DNA of 64,000 bases, taken from positions 124,001 to 188,000 of IMG/VR virus record IMGVR_UViG_3300042340_000379. One strand, 5' to 3'. The notes under the pieces were generated by a model. The model was given only the letters and a program-made list of their open reading frames with translations, was not told the DNA's origin and searched no databases. A program made the translations under genes and the position numbers. Shown one piece after another: positions 38,701 to 47,543 of the stretch (its first letter is position 1; each line of letters starts with the position of its first letter).

Positions 38701-41700
38701 GTATGGAGCTTCTACGCCAGCGAGTAAACATTAGAAAAAACCTTAACGAGAATGTTGGGCGGTTAAAAGAAGAGCAGCGCGTTATTAAAAAAACTCGTGA
38801 GAGAGTTTTTAAGCAAGAACGGGGTGCAAACTACCAAGCGTATAGACTTGATGGGCTTAGCCAAAGATATAACCATGCTCAAGCTGAGATATATGGTGCT
38901 AGAGATAACTCTCAACGAGAACTGAGAGAGCTAAATCCTGAACTCAATCGATTGCGCAAAGATACAAAATTTATGCAGCGGCAGTTTGTTCAAAACAAAC
39001 TTCACCAGTTTGTTGTTGAAGGCCAGCACGTTTCTATCTTTAACAAAGAATTTATTGCTGGAATTGGCGCACGCGATGGAGTTGTGCAAAGCGAGCTACG
39101 AAGCATGATTGCTCAAGCTCCTGAGGGATTTGTCGAAGGACTTAGCTCAGGAGAAATTTCAGACCAAAACTACTATGACAAGTTTGTGTCAGTTCTAAGT
39201 AAAGTAGACCAGCAAGGTCAAAACATCTACAGAGCTGAGCTGGCCGGAATTGAAAGCGCAATGGGCCACGCTCTTAGAGATGGCTCAGGTTCTAGAAGCG
39301 ATCAGCGTCAAATCAAAAAATACATGGGGCGGCGAGCTGCCTTTAACCAAACTCAGCAAATTGGGTTTGACTTCAAACCTCAAGAATTCGCTGCTCTTCA
39401 AAAGCTTCAATCACTGACTGGCTACGTTAACAGAGCGGGTGGCCCTAGCGGCGGCTCTATTGTTAACCAGCAGCACTCAATCCAAAACGTTGAGCGTCTA
39501 AAAAACAAACAAGTCTCTGAAGGCAACCAACTCTCACTAGCTCTTGATGGAAACCAGACCGCGCTAATTGTCTCAATGTATGGCCGGTTTGGCGTGCAGG
39601 GCGGTGACTTTGACGGTGACGCTTACCAGCTCGTCTTTGGATTTAGAGACATTCAAGAGTCCTTAGTTAAATCAATCAACAAACGGAATCAGATGGAAGA
39701 TTCCAAATTGGCCCTTGAGCTTGAAATGGGGAGCGGGGAATATGGCAGAGATGTTCTTTTGCGTCGAGCCCAGCTTAGCAACCAAATTCGAGTTGAACAA
39801 CAAGGAATTGACGGTCTAATCGGAAAACTTGATAACCAATTCCAAATGGCTGGAGAGCAGATAAGCCAAGGTGTTCGTCGTCACGTCTCTTCTTTAACAG
39901 GTGTTCCCTTGTCAATTATGTTGAACAAGGACGTGTACAGTGATGAACAAGTCTCTAATATGATCGAGCAGCAACGGGGGATTACGCCTGGCTTAACCGA
40001 CTTTGGAGATTCTTATGGTGGCGAGGCCACGTCTTACGGCTTCTTATTCAACGACATTAACCAAGACCTTGGAAGTCTAAACGGAAGTCTTGGAGATTAC
40101 CTAGACACTAAATTGGAAGGAAAGCCCTACGGATTAGACAAAGCTCAGCTTAGCCAATTTAAGCAGTTGACAGAAGAAGCCATGTCTAAACTTGACTTGG
40201 TAAACTCAAATGCTTCTGAACGAGCCCAAGCCTTTGGAGTAGAGTTGGGAACTCTAAATAACCTGCGCATGAGTTTGGATACCACCCAAAAGTTCATTCA
40301 GTCAGCGGCGGGTACAGTTCTTGACATGAAGTCTTTTGATTTAATGCAAGATGCAATTGGTTATGTGGGTACTTCTCTAATCGGGGAAGGCTACAACGCA
40401 ATCACCAGCATGATAGGCCGGTCTACCCTAGCGCGAACTTTAGCTCATGGACTTGGCGCTGAGTCAATGGTCGGCTTAGACACCGCAGCCCTAAATCTTG
40501 GAGGACAAATTCAAGAAAGACTTGATTATCTATTTGCTGGTGGAGAGAAAGCAAATACGTCCAGCAATATTAAAGAGAAGTTCGCAGTCGATGAGATAAA
40601 ACGCACCGCCTATTTTGCTCAAGAGAAAAGCCAACAAATTAGCGGTAAGCTGACCATGATTCAGCAAATGATCCGAGACTCTCTAAAACCCAAAGAGGCT
40701 GGAGGTCTTATTGGAGCCATAGTTGATAACTCTGCAGATGGGGAAGCGTTCAGAGAAAAGTTTGACCGACTAGAGAAAAAGGAAGAGCGTTTAGACGCGC
40801 TACGAAACTTTGTGTCTACTAGAGCCGTTACCTCAATGGTAGATACAAATGAGCGGGGGCTCATCAACGCTTTTGGTGCCATCTTCTTAATGGCTGATTA
40901 CACCAAGGAAAGTTCTCCTGAGAAAATGCTTAGCGACAAATCTGATCGCTATAGTGTTCTGCGCCAAACTCGAGAGCTATATGAAAAACAGTCTTCCAGG
41001 CTTCAGCAAGGTAAAGGTTTAAGTTCAGATTTAGATACTATCACGCGCCTCCGTCTTCAAGACCCAGAGTTTAGAGACAAGATGGTAAATGATGATGGGT
41101 TCCTAATCCGTCAGACCGTTGTTGACTTAATCAATAGTGCTACTGCACAAGAGACAACCTCCAAATACTTAGGTTACGATGCTAATGATAGAGTTAGACA
41201 AGCCAACGTAATAAGAGAACAGTACATTGGTGCTTTAGCATCAGAGCGTGGACTTCTCGATGCTTCGTCTGACTTCTACTTTAAAAACGAGCAGCATCAA
41301 ATGGCTATGATGAGTGCTCTTAATATCAAAGAACAGGACATTCTTGGCTATACTCAAGGCCAAGTTCAGAATGTATTTTCAGATAGTAATGCAGCTTTTA
41401 AAGCTTTAACGGAAAGAACATTTGTTGAGTCAACTTATCTAGGAATGGGACAGGAAGACTTAGAGTTCTCCAGAAATGTCATTCAGGCTGGTCGCTCCTT
41501 AGAGTTTATGGAGTTTGGGAACCAAATAGCATTTGCGCCTTTTGCAGCAGCTCAAAGCGAAAACCTTGTAGCTATAGAACAGTTAATGCGTCGGGGTAAA
41601 TTAGATGACCCTGCTTTAATGAGAGAGGTTCAAATCAACAGCTCGGCAAGATTGTTTGATGCAATCGCCAAGGTCAGCACAAAACTTACCTCTCAGTATG

Positions 41701-42854
41701 GTTCTTTAGAATCAGCCATTAGTAAAGAGGAAGTGTATAAAGGCTATTCTCAAATGGCAGAGCTGGCTGGAGTATTTGATGTTAGTCGTGATGAATCTAA
41801 CATGCTTTCTTTAGCCATGGCAGCTAAACCTGACGGTAAGCAGTCTATCTTCGAGCAGCTTGCTGATTTGTCAGCTGGTCGCGCTAATGTTGAAGAGAAA
41901 TATAACCAAATTTCAGATATTCACCAGGAAATGAGTACTGCTACTGGAACTCGTAAACAGTTTCTAGAGCAGCATCTAGCTCTACTTGAAGGTTCACTTG
42001 ACTCTTATAGACAAGGAATTTCAACAAATGACACCAGCGCAGTAAGAACCGCACTGGCTGAAATTGGAAATAAAGAACGTCAATTTAGAACTGATCAGTT
42101 TAAAAAAGACGAGCGCGGCAGGCGGCTATTAATTCATAGCGCTGGAATGATGCACGTCGCGTCAGGTTCTCAAAGTATGGGCGTGGTCAATACGCTTGGT
42201 CTGTTTGCAGCCCCTGTTGTTGGAGCTGCTCTTATGAGTGGCGCTGGATTAGATGAGCGGCTAGTCCTGGGCGGGTACGATTTAATGCAGGGTCTATCTA
42301 CAGCTGAAGGATTTGCGGATAACAAAATGGCTCAGGCGACTAACAGCATGTTTATCATGAGCCGATTACGCCAGCAAATGGCCGAGCAAGAAAGTCTATT
42401 TCTAGGTTCTGTAAAAGGCGTAGCGACAGAAGCACTTTACACAGGCCTAGCAGGGCTCGCCAGCCAAGCGTCCACCAGCCTTATGCGAGCAGCCGGGGCG
42501 CGGCAGGCAGCAGGAGGTTTAGGATCCGCACTTGCTGAAGCAGTCGTGACAGCGGCTGCTTTAGCTTTTTCTCGTAAAGGAAGCCAGTATGGCGTTCAAG
42601 ACGAGGATTACAGTAGTCTAATGGCGCAATCTTTGTTAGACATGGCTCAGTCTACAGAGAACATGATACAAGCTATGATTGAGAGGGCCCAAGACATTGA
42701 GGTCGAAACAGAAGACCAAATTGTCACGTTTGACTTTGATGCATCTATGGCACCCACAGAATATGAAGAGCGGGTGACTGCTGGGTGGATTGAGTTCTCT
42801 GTTGCCTCTGATGAGTTTGATTCTGTCTACTCTGAAATTGGAAATTACGCTTAA
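32772..42854 (+). CDS. Giant protein with two-barrel RNA polymerase motifs (putative virion RNA polymerase / ejected protein)
   Basis: 3360 aa; GGDFDGD (DFDGD at 39606-39620, residues 2279-2283) preceded by VNRAGGP; hydrophobic Gly/Ala-rich C-terminus; located among virion genes. Confidence 0.7.
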   Translation: MDPLFPELDPALIDNQNSEVREQIRRLEKSTPEDIARQELTTPDLNSIGISRGFRLHYGEVSDRPGTRYNMLGQKIYEPPTLAMESQVGFYEPVSVRANVSLDQSLQVRAVNAIDSINYGRSVLTGQQRTVTSGLNTMFGRQFRSLMYDQQVRAAGLMGLSREDTRALLGEPAVREGLYQDAGFRTPSLESIMENMGTGMPSAERISDINRMGFYADRYADPESVQKLYREVNQLKNALGDGIKSVEKRYAYRKVNGMYEKVLVGLKVGVRNYNDLFDGMGLYSGTSAPAVERETAFNFTVDSKGQVIELNTNRVISGSLMALGPSSISTIVGSSLIGGEGRRQSSSATALGLLATYARSSELEARHGVVDGVFNTMIAQGEYGALGRVFAEALVSRNEKYVASRGLKFGEVAGQMLSSVGHKDFKKGIHELIESISYRGLEYYSSLHTVFKESFDENTARMELFRNRQSLLTAAFDPLLNYTGGEGSRFDGLIDTTMKRVVDLIQSDSSTQRLKIAGQDVDISLFDDLKVAALNMSPTGRSAYDLRKSQVSRSILQLMMSPFLMPHESGYSGSQSSSRLGLFAMSETRGQRGMYELFAISPSKHTHGMKSTKPGEYYKPIGSQSAKSSVMKYIGGFYKFDDTAAKVAEFYETKTLFAGMPSLKRAKLDDIQIHMQKAGYKSSREIIEKYRAEMQLKEDKDIEVLLMPFRKPEQISQRLKNLVGGRPMLEIATGLRRAVMSQSGQQLRSYFSGGDYGVSLDVGKALSGNIPAALNDIQYQQMEQERSRIIAELGLDEKKITPRQQSELSRLLTSRMREIETQFNEGGGYIQGKAARLTMVGMGVNMLSDFMLVNQEYVNNTAFGYLHHSKFRVSATQNVRYEGVGRVTEADPYFDWKTNRLAEVFKAGTSIYLSPTPLKNERAMEILKKTAQSMRSEFLARGISKRESDAQVRRTLQSNFKFLESVDIKDGEVTNATMRAGAYSFDGNDMRFQGELVGSSLRLGMLPTNNRQRLGETGLSGATSLDFFDVKIPGVIRSVSKGLVTVANDINFAPSSGGYEADINFLVTSDIPSGSRSSSLTKGPWSMYESESFWARAREQAIQHSFVSKQTAQEGVFGILSPTAFKGYNYEAGLDILRDAESRRDLLAIPADQTAFLLGIAFMEKGEKGQRLKAAMREYAKTQSLGSSVGLLLEDVNSGSSIEKMRNLMLSTPDIIEFAGGQSLDQMGDYLAQRFETGDFDPIKKSLNRIVGKALDKSVQMEQYVEGQSSLVRTFQEGDFSVRSAGLVADVLNTTRQLIYGGMTVGDDPLQGYALVDKEKGARVDRFIEDKDFRAATLDIAQKMGVRSLLPSQLKLEGALSSLKEGDELYSQVESMLYLMHGHFSTSPLVARASNMLPSRILVAAGSEDAVALEFHYSLNLSKREFGMLRGTGVDIEKFTDLQAAYGVVATHGSANSTSRMMQVISPFSTDKTQAGVAKTMSRLIEGYNDFSGKFKFLGSVGNLSLLDEVVRSMVTGKTDRTLQLMASYDLANRALRHQKGLGQFTEQTVMNVAGAFNPGSLDLDSASFSQLADLANIYGVKGNTKEELAKGLRETGPILGRGIPYYGPSRNPFEIKRMAMARAVIDLSKRQKQKGHGSLVFGVTSDNEDVRDIMKRERLSAYGFGYSDFRQALDLVSDTQTGRLLSDGNGDKDHVQRIAGRLQDHDRSVELMMEKAAGTSDTESFVDVLYKVVSGAQQVIENTERGSDDYKRAERLRSEVYQTKSLLMPFVQTARDGSKGIISLYDPTEMGGQLRFTGTPAIRLGLDVLSKVPAQFEDHISEVVDRQRQIWEILPEFQSIMDRLTTGPIMDANLGEISVIEEMQRLAIQSQEDAALLFGSVMAQRSQGEKIKYPGVSFVAVADYLATPMEAFVGSRVMGTGLDQVVRDAQASLNGEERRNNRWEAERERLLKRAVTHSQSTEKSVQNKFKLAQRRRMELLRQRVNIRKNLNENVGRLKEEQRVIKKTRERVFKQERGANYQAYRLDGLSQRYNHAQAEIYGARDNSQRELRELNPELNRLRKDTKFMQRQFVQNKLHQFVVEGQHVSIFNKEFIAGIGARDGVVQSELRSMIAQAPEGFVEGLSSGEISDQNYYDKFVSVLSKVDQQGQNIYRAELAGIESAMGHALRDGSGSRSDQRQIKKYMGRRAAFNQTQQIGFDFKPQEFAALQKLQSLTGYVNRAGGPSGGSIVNQQHSIQNVERLKNKQVSEGNQLSLALDGNQTALIVSMYGRFGVQGGDFDGDAYQLVFGFRDIQESLVKSINKRNQMEDSKLALELEMGSGEYGRDVLLRRAQLSNQIRVEQQGIDGLIGKLDNQFQMAGEQISQGVRRHVSSLTGVPLSIMLNKDVYSDEQVSNMIEQQRGITPGLTDFGDSYGGEATSYGFLFNDINQDLGSLNGSLGDYLDTKLEGKPYGLDKAQLSQFKQLTEEAMSKLDLVNSNASERAQAFGVELGTLNNLRMSLDTTQKFIQSAAGTVLDMKSFDLMQDAIGYVGTSLIGEGYNAITSMIGRSTLARTLAHGLGAESMVGLDTAALNLGGQIQERLDYLFAGGEKANTSSNIKEKFAVDEIKRTAYFAQEKSQQISGKLTMIQQMIRDSLKPKEAGGLIGAIVDNSADGEAFREKFDRLEKKEERLDALRNFVSTRAVTSMVDTNERGLINAFGAIFLMADYTKESSPEKMLSDKSDRYSVLRQTRELYEKQSSRLQQGKGLSSDLDTITRLRLQDPEFRDKMVNDDGFLIRQTVVDLINSATAQETTSKYLGYDANDRVRQANVIREQYIGALASERGLLDASSDFYFKNEQHQMAMMSALNIKEQDILGYTQGQVQNVFSDSNAAFKALTERTFVESTYLGMGQEDLEFSRNVIQAGRSLEFMEFGNQIAFAPFAAAQSENLVAIEQLMRRGKLDDPALMREVQINSSARLFDAIAKVSTKLTSQYGSLESAISKEEVYKGYSQMAELAGVFDVSRDESNMLSLAMAAKPDGKQSIFEQLADLSAGRANVEEKYNQISDIHQEMSTATGTRKQFLEQHLALLEGSLDSYRQGISTNDTSAVRTALAEIGNKERQFRTDQFKKDERGRRLLIHSAGMMHVASGSQSMGVVNTLGLFAAPVVGAALMSGAGLDERLVLGGYDLMQGLSTAEGFADNKMAQATNSMFIMSRLRQQMAEQESLFLGSVKGVATEALYTGLAGLASQASTSLMRAAGARQAAGGLGSALAEAVVTAAALAFSRKGSQYGVQDEDYSSLMAQSLLDMAQSTENMIQAMIERAQDIEVETEDQIVTFDFDASMAPTEYEERVTAGWIEFSVASDEFDSVYSEIGNYA

Positions 42855-42885
42855 AGCCCTCGTTCGTTTAACCCCTATCTATTAA

Positions 42886-43084
42886 TTGACACTCCTCAGC
42901 CTAAAGGCGTGAGGATTCTTGGACTCACTATTGCCTGTAGGACTTGTCCTAGCATGGTCTTACTTAGTGATACCTAGTCTTGCAACTAGCTTCTCAAGCG
43001 TGAATTGCCGTATGCCCTGCGGTACTACACCTATTCTAATATAAAGCCGTGCTAGAAGCACGGGGTTTTAAACCCATTTTTTCG
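42886..43084 (-). mobile_element. Non-autonomous IS200/IS605-family element (about 200 bp, both ends plus omega-RNA-like region, no tnpA/tnpB)
   Basis: Minus strand ends AGAATCCTCACGCCTTTAGGCTGAGGAGTGTCAA (right-end hairpin plus TCAA); left-end hairpin CCGTGCTTCTAGCACGG; internal GTACCGCAGGGCATACGGCAATTCACGCTTG resembles tnpB 3' ends. Confidence 0.75.
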
Positions 43085-43126
43085 ATAAAAACCTTTTCTT
43101 TGTAAGGATTAGAGACAACCGGCGAT

Positions 43127-44002
43127 CGTCAAGAATCCTTGGACGCCAAGATGGCACAAAGAACCCCCTTTGGGGGGTGGAGGACTTGTGAGCGAGGATG
43201 CCTTTGTTATTAAGAACCTGGGTATGAGTTCTCGAATAGCCATTCACCCTGAACCATTCCTCCCGTTTTTGAAAGGCGATCTACAATCTCGGTCGTAAAA
43301 GCCGTCTTGGGCTTTGTGTTGATCCGCTGGGCTTCAATGTCTGCAACTCTAAGGTCATACTTCGGGCCGTCAGGTATCTGGTCAGCAGAGAGCTGGTCAG
43401 TCGCAGTCCTCATGTTTTTTACATACTGCTGATAGTCGTTCCAACCCATTTCCTTTAGCTGGTCGAGGGTATATATTCGGCTACCCTCTCCATCGACCAA
43501 GACTATGTACTTGATATTCTCCTGAGCCAGAGGGGCTGAGAGCCAGTCGCCCACGTCTAGGGTGCCCAGTTCATTCTTGTACCCCATACTCTGGCCCCAG
43601 GGTCTACATGCTTCGGCTGACTGCTCATGCCAGAACGCAGCGACCATCTCTGTATGATTGTTGCGATCGATGGTGGCTTGCTGATCGATCGATATCGTCT
43701 CGGTTGGGTCGATGTCTGGGGAGACTTCTACCTCTCCGCATTCGTAGTAAGACTGCGCAGCGACATCCTGCTTAGGCCTTTCTGCGAGAATCTTGGGCGC
43801 TACGAATTGCGATCCCGCCACGATCGCGCCAACGCTAGATAGCGTCAGTATTGTGGAAACAATCTTGCTCATAAGTTTCGTCCGTTGTGGTTGTAAAGGT
43901 CGGTCCACAAGAATACGTTTACTCTTGTCGACACTTTTTAGTATACGCCTAATTGCCGATCGCCACCCGTCAAGAATCTTTGGATGCCAAGATGGTCAAA
44001 GA
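43127..44002. repeat. About 35 bp imperfect direct repeats flanking a secreted-protein gene
   Basis: CGTCAAGAATCCTTGGACGCCAAGATGGCACAAAGA (43127-43162) vs CGTCAAGAATCTTTGGATGCCAAGATGGTCAAAGA (43968-44002). Confidence 0.7.
43210..43872 (-). CDS. Exported or membrane-anchored hypothetical protein
   Basis: ATG at 43872 gives an N-terminal signal/TM segment MSKIVSTILTLSSVGAIVAG; opposite strand to its neighbours. Confidence 0.65.
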   Translation of the reverse strand: MSKIVSTILTLSSVGAIVAGSQFVAPKILAERPKQDVAAQSYYECGEVEVSPDIDPTETISIDQQATIDRNNHTEMVAAFWHEQSAEACRPWGQSMGYKNELGTLDVGDWLSAPLAQENIKYIVLVDGEGSRIYTLDQLKEMGWNDYQQYVKNMRTATDQLSADQIPDGPKYDLRVADIEAQRINTKPKTAFTTEIVDRLSKTGGMVQGEWLFENSYPGS

Positions 44003-44038
44003 TCCATTGGCATAGCAACTCATCATGTTAGTCTAACA

Positions 44039-44200
44039 ATGGAGGAAGCAAACGCCTTTGTTCAAGCCTGGTCACAAGATAACCGGCCTCACATTCAAAA
44101 TATGCCTGAGGCTGCTAAGCTTAAGGCAGGCGATCGAGAGTTCTTTATTAGTGGGATACCTCCCGAAGCTTTCGACAAAATGTTTTCTGACGAAGAATAA
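44039..44200 (+). CDS. Small hypothetical protein
   Basis: 3' part of track ORF 43793..44200 from ATG 44039; followed by a hairpin and T-run near 44235-44268. Confidence 0.3.
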   Translation: MEEANAFVQAWSQDNRPHIQNMPEAAKLKAGDREFFISGIPPEAFDKMFSDEE

Positions 44201-44316
44201 TAATGGATCTCTCTACTGCCTGTAGAGATTAATAGAAAGACGGGCTGCATCCAGCGGCCCTCTTTTTTGCCAAAAATTGAACGGTTTAGCTAAGCTGCCG
44301 CTGGTAAGCTTAGTAA

Positions 44317-44832
44317 ATGAGCGCCTCTACCCCCCTTATTGGAATTGCCCACCAAATTACCCGGTTTCTTAGAGACCAGGTTCACCTTATGGCGATAGGG
44401 AATACTGTCACACCCTGGGCTACAGAAGGAATCGCGCCTTCTATTCCAACTACTCTGCTAGCTCTTCCTGAAATCTGCGGCTACTTCCCAATCAAAAGAG
44501 CAAGCCCAATTGTCCCTCACCAAAATGGAGAGATTCTTTCAGATGGGAGAAAATGGATTGAAGTTCATGGAAATGAGACAGACCTAGCCGCCGCTGCTTG
44601 TCGAGCTATTCTGTTTGAAGCCGACATTCGCCACTCGGTTATTCCTATTCAAGTTCTTAAATATAGAAGCGCGGGGCTGTTCACAGGCTGCTTTGTCAAT
44701 GAGGCGATCGACGCTCAAAGCTTCTTTCTGCCTAACGAAATCGTTGGCTACTTAGACAGCGCTTGGTACTTTCCTGCAATAGAAGTTCAAAGCAATCAAA
44801 TTCAAACTCTCCAACTTATTAGGAGATTCTGA
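44317..44832 (+). CDS. Putative baseplate structural protein
   Basis: MAIG.T.TPW..E..P..P......PEICGY pattern, seen in ~170 aa baseplate proteins of large myoviruses. Confidence 0.55.
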   Translation: MSASTPLIGIAHQITRFLRDQVHLMAIGNTVTPWATEGIAPSIPTTLLALPEICGYFPIKRASPIVPHQNGEILSDGRKWIEVHGNETDLAAAACRAILFEADIRHSVIPIQVLKYRSAGLFTGCFVNEAIDAQSFFLPNEIVGYLDSAWYFPAIEVQSNQIQTLQLIRRF

Positions 44833-46232
44833 TGCTCGCAAACTTTGCTCTCCTAACAGGTTTAAGAGCGTTAATTGACCGCTTTGGTGGTCGGCAAAAC
44901 ATTCCCGAAGAAGAAATTACGGCTTTTATTGGAGCTCAAGCAACAGGCTCTACAGCCAGAGCTGATATAGAAAAGTTGTTTGAAACTCTTGAAGAAGCTC
45001 CTGAGATTATAGAAACACTTGCAGAAGAAGCTGCTGTAAGGTCTATTCTTTCAGACCTTTCTCCAAACTTACAGTACGAAGATGAATCCCAAAATGGATT
45101 CTCTGCTTATGGTTACTTAGACTCAATTGTTTCTTCAGGTGGTGATAGCGCTAGGATCACTCGGCTCTTCGACCCTGACCGGCAAGACTACTTTGGAATC
45201 AAATACTACGACAAGTTTACTGGCAAAGGGCGCTACTTTAGATTTAGTTTATTGCCCGCCATTGAGAACAAAATCTCTCCTTTAATTCCTGGGCAAACAG
45301 TCCCAGGAGTTCAACCTGGCATTATGATCAATACCGCCATGCGCCACAGGAATATTTTAATTCCTGGCTCTACTCCTGTTTATCAAGCAATTGGCCTCGA
45401 GTCCGTTGAGATTCGTCTTTGTGGTTTGCTTAGCGGAGATGAAACTGTTATAAATGACACGCCAGGCCCAATAACATTTACAGATAACGAGTTAGGTAAT
45501 GCAACTAGTGGGTATGACCTCGCGCAATTTTTTAGAGAAGAAGTTGTAATTCCTGGGGTTCCTGTTGATGTTGAAATCTATGCTTCAGCAGGCCAAGTCG
45601 CGCCACTTCAACGAGAGGGCGCTAACCCTAACGGCTCAATTAAAATTAATGGGAGCCTTTTAATTAAAAGCTTTCGATCACTGTCAGCTCGAGCTTCAAG
45701 AGAATACTACTGCATCGATGCTTTTCTTATCAACTATAAATTAGAAAAACGAGCCGACCCTAAAGGAACTCAAAGCGCGGCAGACCTTGAGATTTGTCAG
45801 CTTTCAGCTCAGCAATGGAGAGAAAGCATAGGTGCTACAGATACATCTCCAGAGTCAGCTAGAGAAGGAAATCAAAATTCACCAGCTCCAGCCGAAGGGC
45901 AACCCGCAACCCCTACAGTAGTCCAGTTACCAGAACCTGTATCAAACGCTTGCTTAACCCTTCTTGCATCTAATGGGTTTGACATTTCAGATTTAAACAA
46001 AGCCCCTGAGCCCCCTCCTGTTCCAAGCACTGTTCCTGCTGCAATGGTTGGAGAAGGAGAGAGGGATAATAATGCTACAACGCCAGCTACAAGTGAAGTT
46101 GGAGCAAATGCTCAAACTGCTGGACAAGCTGCTCAACAGGGATTAGAAAATTTTTCTAATGTTGTTGGTGCTCAAGAACCTCTAAGAGCCCCTCAAGTGC
46201 TTATACAAAGAAACACTCAAGTAGCCCCTTAA
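44832..46232 (+). CDS. Putative tail tube initiator / baseplate core protein with low-complexity tail
   Basis: IPGSTPVYQAIGLESVEIRLCG resembles the P2 gpU-type P..Q..G....I.L.G motif; coupled operon. Confidence 0.45.
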   Translation: MLANFALLTGLRALIDRFGGRQNIPEEEITAFIGAQATGSTARADIEKLFETLEEAPEIIETLAEEAAVRSILSDLSPNLQYEDESQNGFSAYGYLDSIVSSGGDSARITRLFDPDRQDYFGIKYYDKFTGKGRYFRFSLLPAIENKISPLIPGQTVPGVQPGIMINTAMRHRNILIPGSTPVYQAIGLESVEIRLCGLLSGDETVINDTPGPITFTDNELGNATSGYDLAQFFREEVVIPGVPVDVEIYASAGQVAPLQREGANPNGSIKINGSLLIKSFRSLSARASREYYCIDAFLINYKLEKRADPKGTQSAADLEICQLSAQQWRESIGATDTSPESAREGNQNSPAPAEGQPATPTVVQLPEPVSNACLTLLASNGFDISDLNKAPEPPPVPSTVPAAMVGEGERDNNATTPATSEVGANAQTAGQAAQQGLENFSNVVGAQEPLRAPQVLIQRNTQVAP

Positions 46233-46237
46233 CTTTT

Positions 46238-47542
46238 ATGCTGCCGATCGCACTACAAAATCATATCGCGGCGGTATCCGAACAGTTCGGAGGATATTCT
46301 GCTGTTGAAAAGCTAATTCCTAAAAGCCAGCTCTACTATCTTTCGCTTTTTCCAGGCCCATTTTTTGTAACTTCTCCCTGGGTTCTATACAGCGCTCAGT
46401 TTGAAAACTACGCCCCTGAGTTAAAGTTAGCTGGGCATATTCTTGGCGAGCAATACAAAGTTTATAACCGAGAGCTATCATTCCTCTTCAAAGGAAACTC
46501 CGCTCTTTTTGGAGAATCAGAACAAGAAAAGCTTCTAATTAACTCTGCTTACAATGGTGAGTTCTTCCATATTCAAGTTAGCACTCAGTATGGCCCAAAA
46601 CTTGTAGTCCTCTGGGTATCAAAAGTTGTTCCTAGAAATGTTCAAGAACGAGCCGGACGAGCACTCAGGGAAAGTGTTAAGCCAGTTAGCCAAAACTCTC
46701 ATGAAATATTTCTCAGCTCTGAAGGATTTTCATCAGTAAGAATCTACTCTTACAGAGGTGTTTCAAAACTAACTGCTAAAGAAATAGAAAATTCGGGACA
46801 AGCGGAAGTTATTGAAATTACTAATGGAAGAACGATTAGACTTACTCCAAAAGTCAGTACTTGGTATGCTTTTGAAGCCAACGGAAGCTCTTTAAGAGTA
46901 GCGCCTACAGGAGTGGGTGAAGAGCGGTGGACAAATCATGGCGATGTTTACCATTTTGAGAGTCAAAATCAATACTTAGTCGGCAGGGACAAGCTTGATC
47001 TAAGTGATTTTTCGCTTAGTCGTCAAAATCAAGCCCATCTCTTTGGCCAGTTAACAAGCCCGCTGGTAAGTTCAGGAGCTATTAGTGGGAGTAGTGAATT
47101 TGCAGGAATTCCGTCAGAACCAACTCAGTTGCTTGTTACTGGATCAATTATTCGTAAAGGCTTGCTAACATCTGTAAATAGTGATAATATTAACCCACGA
47201 ATTGTCGTTTTTGGTCTAGGGGTTATTCAAGGGGCAAGCCTTGAATTAAGTGGAGGGGAGTTTAATTCAACTACTATAACTTACGGGTCTATAGAAGGAA
47301 ACTCTCCAAGTTCAACTGCTGCCTTTGAACAAAAGATTGAAACTTCTGGCTTGATTACTGTAGAGCCTATATTAGTCTCTCCGTTTACTCAAGAGTTTCA
47401 AGAAAGCGCGTTTGAAAGCTTCTTTATACCTAGAAGTACAGGATCGCTTGAGTTACAGATTTTTCCCCTCTACTTAAATATAAATTTCGATTTTTCCGAC
47501 ACACATAGTTCACTAACACTAGGGCTCCTAGGAACGCTATAA
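46238..47542 (+). CDS. Hypothetical structural protein
   Basis: 434 aa, beta-rich, in the virion operon. Confidence 0.55.
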   Translation: MLPIALQNHIAAVSEQFGGYSAVEKLIPKSQLYYLSLFPGPFFVTSPWVLYSAQFENYAPELKLAGHILGEQYKVYNRELSFLFKGNSALFGESEQEKLLINSAYNGEFFHIQVSTQYGPKLVVLWVSKVVPRNVQERAGRALRESVKPVSQNSHEIFLSSEGFSSVRIYSYRGVSKLTAKEIENSGQAEVIEITNGRTIRLTPKVSTWYAFEANGSSLRVAPTGVGEERWTNHGDVYHFESQNQYLVGRDKLDLSDFSLSRQNQAHLFGQLTSPLVSSGAISGSSEFAGIPSEPTQLLVTGSIIRKGLLTSVNSDNINPRIVVFGLGVIQGASLELSGGEFNSTTITYGSIEGNSPSSTAAFEQKIETSGLITVEPILVSPFTQEFQESAFESFFIPRSTGSLELQIFPLYLNINFDFSDTHSSLTLGLLGTL

Positions 47543-47543
47543 A

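Noticed and set aside
32772-42854. Plain tape measure protein
   Set aside because: It lacks regular tape-measure repeats over most of its length and carries polymerase-type motifs. A dual role is left open.
7129-44316. TTGAAC/TTGAC as a late promoter motif upstream of several structural operons
   Set aside because: Too short and inconsistently spaced to support without statistics.
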